Below the pieces are notes generated by a model. The model was not told where the DNA came from. It did not search any database and worked only from the letters and a program-made list of their open reading frames with translations. A DNA stretch of 64,000 bases. It comes from Cirrosporium novae-zelandiae. Lineage: Eukaryota. The number at the start of each line of letters is the position of its first letter. The first letter of the stretch is position 1. The DNA is taken from positions 1-64,000 of the forward strand of contig JAPETS010000028.1 of the NCBI GenBank assembly GCA_026023565.1, written 5' to 3'. Of this stretch, positions 52,101 through 64,000 are shown in pieces. The position numbers and the translations under genes were made by a program.

Positions 52101-53215
52101 AATTCGATATTTCGTTAAATTATAAAATTAATTATTTATTTAATAATATTTTTATCGATTTTTAATTATTTTAAATATTAAATTAATTTAAATTTTGATA
52201 TATAATTAAACGTTTTTTTAATATTTATAAATAAAATATAAATTATTTATTTTCGATTAAATTTTTTTTATTCGATATATTAAATACGTAAATATATCGA
52301 TTACGTTCTAATTATATTTCGATCTAAATTAATTTTTATATAATTTATTTAGATTTTCGTATATATTTATTAGCGCGTTTATTATAATTTTTTCAATTAT
52401 TTTATTTAAATAATATAATAAATTTATTATTTTATAATTTTTAATCAAAGTTTTATTGGTTCGTCTAGGTTTGAATAATAATATCCCCCGGGCACATTTC
52501 TACTGCGTCGGGTGATACCCTAACCGGAAGCAATACCGGACCACCCCCGTTATTCTACCGGGGTCCCACTGCCATAGCATACGGAGCGCCCCAAATTGGG
52601 CTCCGTCGTACCCTGGGGATAATTTTTAGAATTAAAACCCTATTATTTGTAAATAACGTGAATTTTTCGACCATTTATATAGATAATAAATAAATCCGGA
52701 AAATTATTTAATAAATAACGAAAACAATAGTTCAATAAAAAATAAATAACGAAAACAATAGTTCAATAAAAAATAAATAAATTAAAATTCGATATTTAAA
52801 AAACTAAAATTATAGTTTTTTTTAAATTATAAAAATATTAAATCTAAATAAATATTAAATCGAAAATTAGAATCGATAATTATTTAATTAAATATAAAAA
52901 AAATTATATCCAATAATTAAATATATAATTAAATCCGAAAATTTAATTTTTAAATTTATTACGTCCAATATTTAATTAAAATTAAATATATAGAAAATAT
53001 AATTAAATATATATATTACCGAAACGGATTATTTATAAAATTTATATATTAAATAATCGTAACGATTATAATATTAATTTATATATATAAATATAAAATC
53101 TAATAATAAAAATAAATCGGATATTAAATAGAATTTCAAAAATTATTAAATAAATTTACGAAATTAATAATTAAAATTTATAAAATAATTTTAATAATAA
53201 CAATTTTATAAAATT
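49175..53215 (+). mobile_element. LINE copy D: internal RT-region fragment, split by nested copy E
   Basis: Begins with unmutated RT sequence HCFRLGYHPTQWKCARGILLFKPGR...YRVI.LL and resumes at 52633 after the TSD. Confidence 0.8.
49771..52618 (-). mobile_element. LINE copy E: 5'-truncated, nested antisense in copy D, 14-bp TSD
   Basis: 3' tail at 49771-49790. TSD ATAACTTTTAGAAT (49757-49770) / ATAATTTTTAGAAT (52619-52632). Confidence 0.85.
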
Positions 53216-53793
53216 CCTAAAAAAAAATTAATACCGAAAAAATTAAAAAATCTTTAAAAATATTATAATAATTTCCGTAATACTCAATAAAAATTCTAAA
53301 AAAAATTAAACGTATTTAAATAATAATTATTATTGTTATTTTATATTCTAAATAAAAAATACGTAAAATAATAATATTAATTAATATTAGAATTCAAAAA
53401 AATTTTATTTTTTAAAAATTTATTATAAAATAAGAATTTCCTATTATAAATAAAAAAATTAAAATTTATATAATTAATAAATATATTATTCCAATTTATA
53501 ATTAATATTTTATCCGTATTTACGCTATAACTATATAGAATTTGAATAAAAAATATTAATAGATTTTTTTAATTACTAATATTCAAGAATACGATATTAT
53601 TTTAAAATATCTATAATTTGAAAAAACCTTATCTATCTATCGGTAGAAACGAAAAAAATAATATTATTTAGAATCGATACCAACTACTTTAACGGTTATA
53701 GATTTTATAGAAATTACCGCTAAAAAAATAAAAAAAGAATTGAAATATCAAATTCTAGTATACGCTGTATATTATAAATTCAAACAAAAAGAA

Positions 53794-56700
53794 TTTTTTG
53801 GTGACCCTACGCCACTAAATCAATTCATTATTGTAACGACCGTTATACGAAATATTTAACATTTATTTAAGATCTATAAAGGCTAGCAACAGCGGAAAAA
53901 ATCGGGAATTAAAAAAATATATACCGCCAACGAAAATTAAACGGATACGAAAAAACGATAATATCTAAAAAACGAATCGAATAAATCAAAATAAAATTTT
54001 ACGATAAAATCTAATAATTTAGTATTATAATTTCTATTTTAGAAAAAAAATAATTAAATAAAAAAATAATATCGAAAAATTTTATAAAAAAAAAATAGAT
54101 TAATAATCGGAATATTTTAATCGAATAAACGATTAAATATAAAAGAATACGTATATTTCCTGTAATCGGAGAAAAAATATATTAAGTTTTAAAAACCGAC
54201 AATTTTACGATATAATTACGGGAAATACTTTTCGGTTTAAAAACCCGAATAATTATTTTAAAAAAACGAAATAATAGAATTATAAAAATTTAAAAAAAAA
54301 ATTAAAAACAATTATATATAATTAAATAAAAATTTTTAATAATTAAAAAAAAAATATAATAATAATCTAAATATTATAAAAATTATATATAATAAAATAA
54401 AAAATTTTATAAATAAAAATTATATAATTCTAATTATTAAATCCGAACAAATAATAATAAAAAAATATAATATTTTTTTTAATAATATCCCGAATAGAAA
54501 TAATAATCGGATCATAGATACTGAATACGCGGATAATAATATGAATAAATAAAAAAATCTAAAACGTTTTTTAATAAATAATAAAAATAACCGGATAAAA
54601 AATTCTATCGTTAATATTTAAAATCCCGAAACAAATTTTTATAAAATAAATGTTAAAAATTATTAGGATTATTTATATAAAAATAATTAATAAAATAATA
54701 AATAAATTTAATAAAAAATAATAAATAATTAAACCTCGAAAATAAAAATATATTTCTTCTATAAATAAAAATATAAAATCTAAAAATTAAAAAATATTGA
54801 TTTTTAATAAAAAAAATCGAAAATTATTATTTAATAAAACGTAAATTTCGATATACTTAATAATTCATATTAGAAATAAATAAAATATAAATTATTTTTA
54901 AAATATAAAAATAAATCCCCGAAATATATAATATACGCGGAAATATATAAAATATAAAATTACTAATATCGGATAATAAAATATAAATTTATATATTCGG
55001 GGGTTTATATATATATCCCGTTAAAACATATAAATTATTTAAATTTTTATATAATTATTAACGGAAAACGTTTTACGGCCCGAAAAATAAAAATAACATA
55101 TACGAAAAAAAAATACTGAAAAAACGTTATCTAATTATTTTATATATTTATTTTAAAAAAAAAAAATATTTTAAAACCTTAATTAAAAATTAAAAATTCC
55201 CGAATTAATTCTAAAAAAAATAAAAAAAAACGTAAATAATATTTGTACCGTAAATAAATAACGATATATCCGAATTTTAAATAAAAACATTATAATATAA
55301 TTATTATAAAAAATACGATATAATAATTATAATTTTAAAATAGATTATATAAATTAAAACAGATATAATATTATTATAAAAATTTAATTAAACAAAAATA
55401 TATTATATTTAATATAAAATTTTTATTAATCCGAATTAAAAATTTAAATAAAAAATAAAATTATAAACACGATTATTATTATATATAAAAATTAAAAAAA
55501 TGTCATATTTAAAATATTTATAAAAATTAATTTAATTAATTATTTTTATATTATAATATTAAATATTAATATAATAAATATAAACGGAAAAATAAAACTA
55601 ATAATAAATATTTGAAAAAATTCTATAAAATATAAAATAAAAATTTATTTTTAACGGAAATAAAATAATATTAATAAAGAATTTTAATATTTATAATTTA
55701 ATATAAAAACCCGAATAAATTATTTATATAAACGATACGTTTTTAATAATATTTATAAAAAAATAAAATAATATTATTCAGAATATTTAATTTAAAAAAA
55801 AATCGATTTATTATTTAATAATTAATTTTATTATAATTAATTCTACGATAAAACTATTTTAGAAATAATTAATAAATATAATAATTAATAATATAAATAA
55901 TAAATTAGGAACTAATTTAAACCATGTTTTTATTTAATTCGAATAAAAGGATTAACGCTCAACAAGGAGCCAGCCAATCCCGAATTTATAGAATTTAAAA
56001 TTACTAAAAAAACCCTTAATAATAAATTAAAACGAAATAAAAATAGAAATTTTAATTAATTACGAAAAATATATTAGCCACAAATTATATGGAATCGTAA
56101 TTAAAAAATAAAATATAAAAAATTATTCTAAATAAGTATATAAAATCTAAATAAATATATAAAATCTAAATAAATATATATTTAATCGAAAATTTAATAG
56201 AATCTCGAATATACTATTAAAAGATATTGATATTATATAATATTTAAAAAAACGAAATAAAAACGCCGAATCTATAAAAAAATTAAAACGAATTTTTTTA
56301 TTATTTTTAAAAAATCCCGAATCTCGATTTTTAATAAAAAAAATATTCGTTTAATAATTATTCGAAAAAACATTATAAAAAATATTATATATATTATAAT
56401 AATAATATTTTAATAAAATCATAAAAATAATCCGATATTATTTTTAATTAAAATATTATTCGACGTAATAAAAATATATTTAAAAAATATTATTATTTAA
56501 ATTTAAAAAAACTAATAAAATATTAATTATATTATCTAAATAAAATAATCGAAAAATTATAATTAATATATTAACGAATATATACGAAAATCTAAATAAA
56601 TTATATAAAAATTAATTTAAATTAAAATATAATCAAAATATAATTAATATATCGAATAAAAAAAATTTAATTAAAAATAAATAATTTATATTTTATTTAT

Positions 56701-59700
56701 AAACGTTAAAAAAACGTTTAATTATATATTATAATTTAAATTAATATAATATTTAAAATAATTGAAAATTAATAAAAATATTATTAAATAAATAATTAAT
56801 TTTATAATCTAACGAAATATCGAATTAATAATCGACAGAAAAATATAATTCCGAATTAATATAGAAACGGGGGTACCGTAAAAATTATTTATATTTCTAA
56901 TATTATTCCTAATATATTATAACGGGCTATTTGCAGCTATAAAATAAATAATCTTTAAAAATAAAATTTTATTATTCGTAAACGATATAAATTTCTCGAT
57001 TATTTATATAAATAATAAATAAACCCGGAAAACTATTGAATAAATAACGAAAACGGCGGTTTAATAAAAAAAAATAGATTAAAATTATAATTTTTTTTAA
57101 ATTACGAAAATATTAAATTTAAATAAATATTAAATTGAAAATTAAAATAAATAATTATTTAATTAAATATAAAAAGAATTAAATACAATAATTAAACGTA
57201 TAATTAAATCTGAAATTTAATTTCTAAATTTATTATATTTAATATTTAATTAAAATTAAATACGCGGAAAATATAATTAAATATATATATTATTAAAACG
57301 AATTATTTATAAAATTTACGTATTAAATAACTATAACGATTATAATATTAATTTATATTTATAATTATAAAATCTAATAAAAAAATAAATTAAATATTAA
57401 ATAAAATTTTAAAAATTATTAAATAAATTTACGCAATTAATAATTAAAATTTAGAAAATAATTTTAATAATAATAATTATATAAAAGATTTATATATATT
57501 TTATATAATGATAATGATTATTCATTGTTTTATATCCATATATCACTTAAAAGCTATAACGGATATTATTTAGGGGTTTTTAGGTTTTTTCGTATCTTTT
57601 TTCGGGTTTATTTTTAGCTAAAATAGTGGGGGTTATTCCCCTGATTCGGTTATATAGTTTCCCCCTCTCTTTAGGTTTCCTAGAATCACCTGATTTATTT
57701 ACCCGGATAGTTTTTTAGCGCTATTTCGATATTCGTAATCTATAAATAGGTTTATTCGTATTTATTTTCGATTTTTTTAGTTCTTATTTACGTATACGCT
57801 TATCCCGCGTATTTATTACGGGCCCAGTTTTTATTTAATATCTACGTCTGGGTCCTTTTCCCCCCCGTGTCCGGGTTTTATCTACCCCCAATCTAAATAT
57901 ATCTCACGATTTTTATTTTCGTGTTTGGCCCAGGACTGGGATTTCCCCACCTCCGTATTGCCCAAAAAACGCATCTAATTTTTAAAGAATTTTCGGTTCT
58001 TTAATACGAATACTAGTTTTTTTTTTTTGGTTATATTAAATTATTAATTCTTCTATTTTTTTATTATTTTTTATAACCGGATTTTAATTATTTTTTAATA
58101 CGGGTATATTAATATTAAATAAAAAACGTTTTAATATAAAATTTTATATTATTAATATTCCGGAATAATAATAATTTTCGTATAATATATATATTCCCCG
58201 ATAACGGCGTATTCCGTTTTTATTTAATAAAATTTATTTATTAATTTTTTAAACGTGTATTCTAATACCCGATTTCTTTTATATTTCAGATATATTCGAT
58301 ATAATTTATCGGCCGATTTTTTTATTTTTTAATTATATAATTAATTATACGTTTTTATAATACGTTTTTCCGTTATATTACGGATTATATAGATTAACGA
58401 AATTTATTCGGCTATTTTATTATTTTTTAGCGCTGCGTTTATTTTAATCGTTTAATTTATTATTTCGTTTTTTAATATTTTATAATATTTTAAAATTTAT
58501 TTAATAATAATTTTCGTTTTTTAATCGATTCAATATTTAATATATTCGTATATTTTTTATACGATTATTTAATTTTTTTTTAATTTTTTTTTTAATCCGT
58601 TTAATAGCCGTTTACGAATTAAATAATATTATTTTTTTTTTAAAAATTTTATAATTATTTAGATATATTTTAGTCGGTATTTATAGGGCCGTTTGCGTTT
58701 TTTAAAATTCTATATCGAATATTTTTTTATTTTAATTTAAATAATATTTTTATATCGTTTATAAAAAATTTTTAATTATTTTTTAAATTATTTCCGTTTT
58801 TATTTTATAGTTTTTTAATTTAAATCTATTTAATTAATATACGTTTTTTTAATTTTATATTAACGTTTCGTTAAAAATCTATTATTTTAAAAATATTATT
58901 ATTTTTTTCGATTATTTAAATTTTTTTAATTTTAAAATTTAAATTTATTATTTTTTAAATTATCGTTATAATTAAATATTAATTTAATATATTTTTTTTA
59001 ATTTTTTAAATTTATTAAAAATTTTTTAATAATTATTTTTTTAATTAAATATTTATATTTTTTATTTTAAATATTATTAATAATATTAGATTTATTAAAT
59101 TTTTTTACGCGATATTTAGTATTACGTTTACGGAATATATATAAATTTTTTATATTACTATTATTATTAAAATTATTTTATAACTTTCCGTTATTAATTT
59201 AATAAATTTATTTAATAATTTTTAAAATTTTATTTAATAACCGGTTTGTTTTTCTTATTAGATTTTATATCCGTATATATAAATTAATATTATAATCGTT
59301 ACGATTATTTAATACGTAAATCTTATAAATAATCCGTTTCGATAATATATATATTTAATTATTTTTTTTACGTATCTAATTTTAATTAAATATTAAACGT
59401 AATAGATTTAAAAATTAAATTTCGGGTTTAATTATACGTTTAATTATTGTATATAATTTCTTTTATATTTAATTAAATAATTATTAATTTTAATTATCGA
59501 TTTAATATTTATTTAGATTTAATATTTATATAATTTAAAAAAAATTATAATTTCAGTTTTTTAAATATTAAATTCTGATTTACTTTTTTTTTATTAAACC
59601 GCCGTTTTTATTATTTATTAAATAATTTTTTAGATTTATTTATTATTTATATAGATTATCGAAAAATTTACGTCGTTCACGAATAATAAAATTTTAATTT

Positions 59701-62420
59701 TAAAAACCGTTTATTCTACGGCTGCGAATAATCTATTATAATATATTAGAAATCATATTAGAAATATAAATAATTTTTATAATATTCTTATTTTTATTCT
59801 AATTCGGGATTATATTTTTTTATCGATTATTAATTCGACGTTTCGTTAAATTATAAAATTAATTATTTATTTAATAATATTTTTATCGATTTTTAATTAT
59901 TTTAAATATTATATTAATTTAAATTATAATATATAATCGAACGTTTTTTTAATATTTATAAATAAAATATAAATTATTTATTTTTAATTAAATTTTTTTT
60001 TATTCGATATATTAAATATATAAATGTATCGATTACGTTGCGATTACGTTGCGATTACGTTTTAATTTAAATTAATTTTTATATAATTTATTTAGATTTT
60101 CGTATATATTTATTAATATATTAATTATAATTTTTTCGATTATTTTATTTAAATAATATAATAAATTTATTATTTTATTAGAATCCTATTATTATAATAT
60201 ATAAAACGTTCTAAATTAAATTCCGTTATATTTTAGAATTTTATTTATATTTTATATATATAACGTTTGTCGTATCGTTTTTTTGGATAATTATTAGGCG
60301 AATATTTTTTTTATTAAAAATTAAAATTCGAGATTTTTTAAAAATAATAAAAAAATTCGTTTCCGTATAAAATTCTTTTTATTTTTAATTTCTACCGTTA
60401 TTTTCCCGTTTTTTATACGGAACGCTGGTATCGGATTTCGGTTTTAAAATTTATAATATTTTAATATTTTTTTTTCCGCTGAATATTTTCGGGGTTTAAA
60501 AATTTATTTAAATCGTTTTTTTTATATATATTTAAAAAAAATCGGTTTATTTATTTTTTTTTTTAATTTTAATTAATTTTATAAATTTCTTGAATATCGT
60601 TTTAATTTTTCCGTAGATTCGGCGTTTTTATTTCGTTTTTTTAAACGTTACGTAGTACTCGTATTTTTTGGCGGTATATTCGGGGTCCTACCAAATTTTC
60701 GATCAGGCGTATATTTGTTTAGGTTTTACGTATTTATTTAGAATAATTTTTAGTTGGATAATAATCCCCTATACTTTATTTTCTAACTGCGATTCCGTAT
60801 AGTCTGCGGCTAGCGTGCCCCTCGCAATTAATCAGGATTCCTATTCTTGCTTAGCTTTAGCTTGCTGTTGGGGGTCTTCCAGCGGCTTTAGATTCCACGA
60901 GTTCGGGGGTGGCTGGCTTGTTTTTGGGCGTTGACCCCCCCATTCGAATTGAATAAGAGCGTGGTCTGAACCAGTTCCTAATTCATTACCTGCGTTGTCG
61001 GTTACCGCGCCCGCTGACCACCCCTGAAGCGGCCCCAATATATATTTTATAAATATAATATTAAATACTATATAAAAAAAATACGGATTTCGATATTTTT
61101 AAAAAATTAAAAAAGATTTAAAGAATCTAATATTATTTATAATATTAAATATAAAAAACGTAAATATATAATTAAAATAATAATTATTAAAAAATTAAAA
61201 AAAATATATTAACTTAATATTTAATTATAACAATAATCTAAAAAATAATAAATTTAAATAATTAAAAAAAATAATAATATTTCCCGAATAATAAATTTTT
61301 AACGAAATATTAATATAAAATTAAAAAAACGTATATTAATCGGATAAATTTAAATTAAATAACCGTAAAATAAAAAAAGGAATAATTTATAAAATAATTA
61401 AAAAAACCCCGTAAATAATATTTCTATATTATTTCGATTAAAATAAAAAAATATTTAATATAAAATTTTAAAAAATATAAACGATTTTAAAAATAATAAT
61501 TAAAATAAATTTGAATATTTAAATAAATCGCGAAAAAATAATAATATTATTATTCGATTCGTAAACGGCGATTAAATAAATCGAAAAAAAAAAAATTAAA
61601 AAATAAAACTATTATTTAATAAATTTTATCAGATATATTTAAAAAACAAAAAAAATTAGATATTAAAATATATATTTAAAAAATTAATAAATAAATTTTA
61701 TTAATTAAAAATAAAATATATTATCATTAAAAAATATATATATTATATAAAAATTATTATTATTTTAAAATATTAATAATATAAAATTTTATATTAAAAT
61801 ATTTTTTATTTGATATTAATATATTTATGGTAGAAAATAATTAGAACTTATTTACGGAAAATCATAAAAAATTAAAAAGAATACTAGTCTAATATAACTG
61901 ATAAAAAAAATTAGTTTTCGTATTAAAAAACCGAAAATTTTCGAAAAATTAAATATATTTTTTAAACGATACGGAAATAAAAAAACCCTGATTCTAGATT
62001 AAATACGAAAAAAAAAACCGCGAAATTTATTTAAATTAAAAATAAATAGAACCCGGATACGGGAAAAAAAATCTAAATAAATCGGGTATTAAATAAAAAT
62101 TGGGCCCGTAATAAAAAAACGGGGTAAACATATACGTGAAATATAAAAATTAAAAATCGAAAATAAATACGAGTAAATCTATTTATAAATTACGAACACC
62201 GAAATAATATTAAAAAATTATCCGGTTAAATAAATGAAATAATTCTAGGAAATCTAAAAAAAAGGGGAAATTATATAACCGAATTAAAAGAATAACCCCT
62301 ATTATTTTAGCTAAAAATACACCCCGAAAAAAATATAAAAAAACCTGAAATCTTTAAATAGAATCCGTAATAGTTTTTAAACGATATATAAACATAAAAC
62401 AATAAATAATTATCATTATT
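53794..62420 (+). mobile_element. LINE copy F: both ends present, many small deletions, split by nested copy G
   Basis: 5' motif TTTTTTGGTGACCCTACGCCACTAAAT. RT relic ETGVP* (ancestral GVPQG) near 56865. 3' end ACATAAAACAATAAATAATTATCATT at ~62420. Confidence 0.8.
57506..61037 (-). mobile_element. LINE copy G: 5'-truncated within the endonuclease domain, nested antisense in copy F, 14-bp TSD
   Basis: TSD ATATATATTTTATA at 57492-57505 and 61038-61051. The unmutated 5' end encodes GSDHALIQF (APE endonuclease SDH motif). Confidence 0.85.
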
Positions 62421-63749
62421 AATATTAATTTAAATATAATTTTTAAATAAAATTAATTAATTAATTTCTTAATAAATTCTAATATATATATAATAATTTT
62501 TTATATTTCTAATATTTATTTGATTTTAGATTATTTTTTATTTTTTTTATTTTTAATATTAATTCCTGTTTTAATTATAAATTATATAATAATCAAATCT
62601 AAATATATATTAATAATTTTTTTTTATCTTTTTATATATTATTATTTCTAATATATTATAAAAAAGATTAATTAAAATAATTAATTATTCGTGTATTTAT
62701 TTAAATATTTTCGTTATTTAATATTATAATTAATATTTAATTTTAAATTTATAATTATTTAAAATATTAATTAATATTTTAAAATCATCGTAATATTTGT
62801 TATTAATAATAATTTTTTTTAAAATCTGATTTTTATATTAATAATAAAAATTATCTAAATTTTATTTATTATTAAAGGATTTTAGATTATAAAATATTTA
62901 AAATTCTATTTTGGGTAATATATAAATTAATAGTTATTTAAATTAAAATAAAGATTTATTTTATAAAATAAATTTAGGGTTTATATTTTAATAATCTAAT
63001 TTAACCAGGAACCGTAACAATTATTTAGTATATTTAAATTATTTATTAATTTTTTAATCTGGCCGAAAATTTAATCAATTAAAAAAAATGGATCAAAATT
63101 TAATATTATTTTTAATAATAAATTAAATAATAAATTTAAAAAAAATATATTTAATAAAAATTAATTTATATTTAATATTTAATAATATAATATTTTTTTT
63201 TAATAATCGTTTTTAATTTCGATTTTTTGTTATTAATTTCTTTTATTTATATTTTTTATTTTTATAATCCTATTTTATTTATTTTAATTGCGTTTAATTA
63301 TTATTATTTTTAATTTTTTAACGATATTAATTTTTTCGATATTAAATTTTTTTATTTTTTCTATTATAATATTAAAAGATTTATATATTTTTAATTTTTT
63401 AAAATTTAATAAATCGTTATCGTTTATTTTAATTTTATTTTTTTAATTATTTGATTTTTAATTTTAATAATAAAATTATATTAAAAATCATTTTTTATAA
63501 TAATATAAATTAAATAAAAAGTTTTATATTAATAAAAAAATACTTAATCCGTAATTTATAAATAAAATAATATTTATTTAATAATTATTTTAGTAATTTA
63601 TAATATTTTATTTAAAAACTTTTTTCGTTTATTATAAATAATTTATTTATTATTAATTTATATTTTTATTTTATTTTATTAATATAAAAATAATAAAATA
63701 GTATAATAAAATTATATTTATTTTAATTTGTATAATTAATTCTAGAATT

Positions 63750-64000
63750 ATAATTATTATATTGTATTTTTTATAATAATTATATTATAATATTTTTATT
63801 TATAATTCGGATATATTATTATTTATTTACGATACGAATATTATTAATATTCTCGGTATTATTAATATTTCGGGTGTTATTTAATTTTTCTTTTTGTATA
63901 ATATGTTTTTATTTTTTGGGCCGCTGAATATTTTCCGTTTGTGATTATATAAAGGCTTAAACAGTTTATATATTTTAACGGGATATATATATAAATCCCC
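63750..64000 (-). mobile_element. LINE copy H fragment, running off the window end
   Basis: Matches copy A at ~29780-30130 (TATAATTCGGATAT...GATATTTCGG...). Confidence 0.65.

Noticed and set aside
52710..52775. 31-bp tandem duplication (also CGATTACGTTG x3 near 60030) as a repeat array or CRISPR
   Set aside because: Simple slippage duplications within LINE relics, with no spacers, in a eukaryotic context.
25500..64000. AT-rich block as mitochondrial insertion or contaminant DNA
   Set aside because: It resolves into mutually homologous LINE copies with TSDs and RT/APE motifs. No mitochondrial genes, rRNA or tRNA were seen.

Overview
Fungal nuclear DNA, almost certainly a filamentous ascomycete (short GT-AG introns with CTRAY branch points, RIP-type mutation). 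It has three zones. (1) 1-13.9 kb: compact housekeeping genes (COA1, a conserved small membrane protein, mitochondrial uL3/MRPL9, a NAT2/DUF1279 protein, a JmjC + Zn-finger chromatin protein, CCDC25/Jlp2 and a mitochondrial carrier). (2) 14-25.3 kb: an accessory stretch with decayed TauD-dioxygenase and Zn2Cys6-TF relics, a secreted arylsulfatase, a divergent PhyH-dioxygenase/EthD pair and an intronless secreted KP4 killer-toxin-like gene. (3) 25.5-64 kb: a gene-free, extremely AT-rich, RIP-mutated block made mostly of one ~6.4 kb Tad-like LINE family (at least 8 copies or fragments, partly nested), plus a pogo/Fot1-like transposon and a probable LTR. Highlights: CCDC25 needs a single-nucleotide exon (G at 11341) to keep its invariant DVWFHV motif in frame; two LINE copies are fused head-to-head with 3' tails at both outer ends inside one 12-bp target-site duplication; RIP-escaped windows at junctions preserve the ancestral RT and endonuclease sequence. 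All gene models and family calls were made by eye without database searches, and repeat boundaries in the AT-rich block are approximate.
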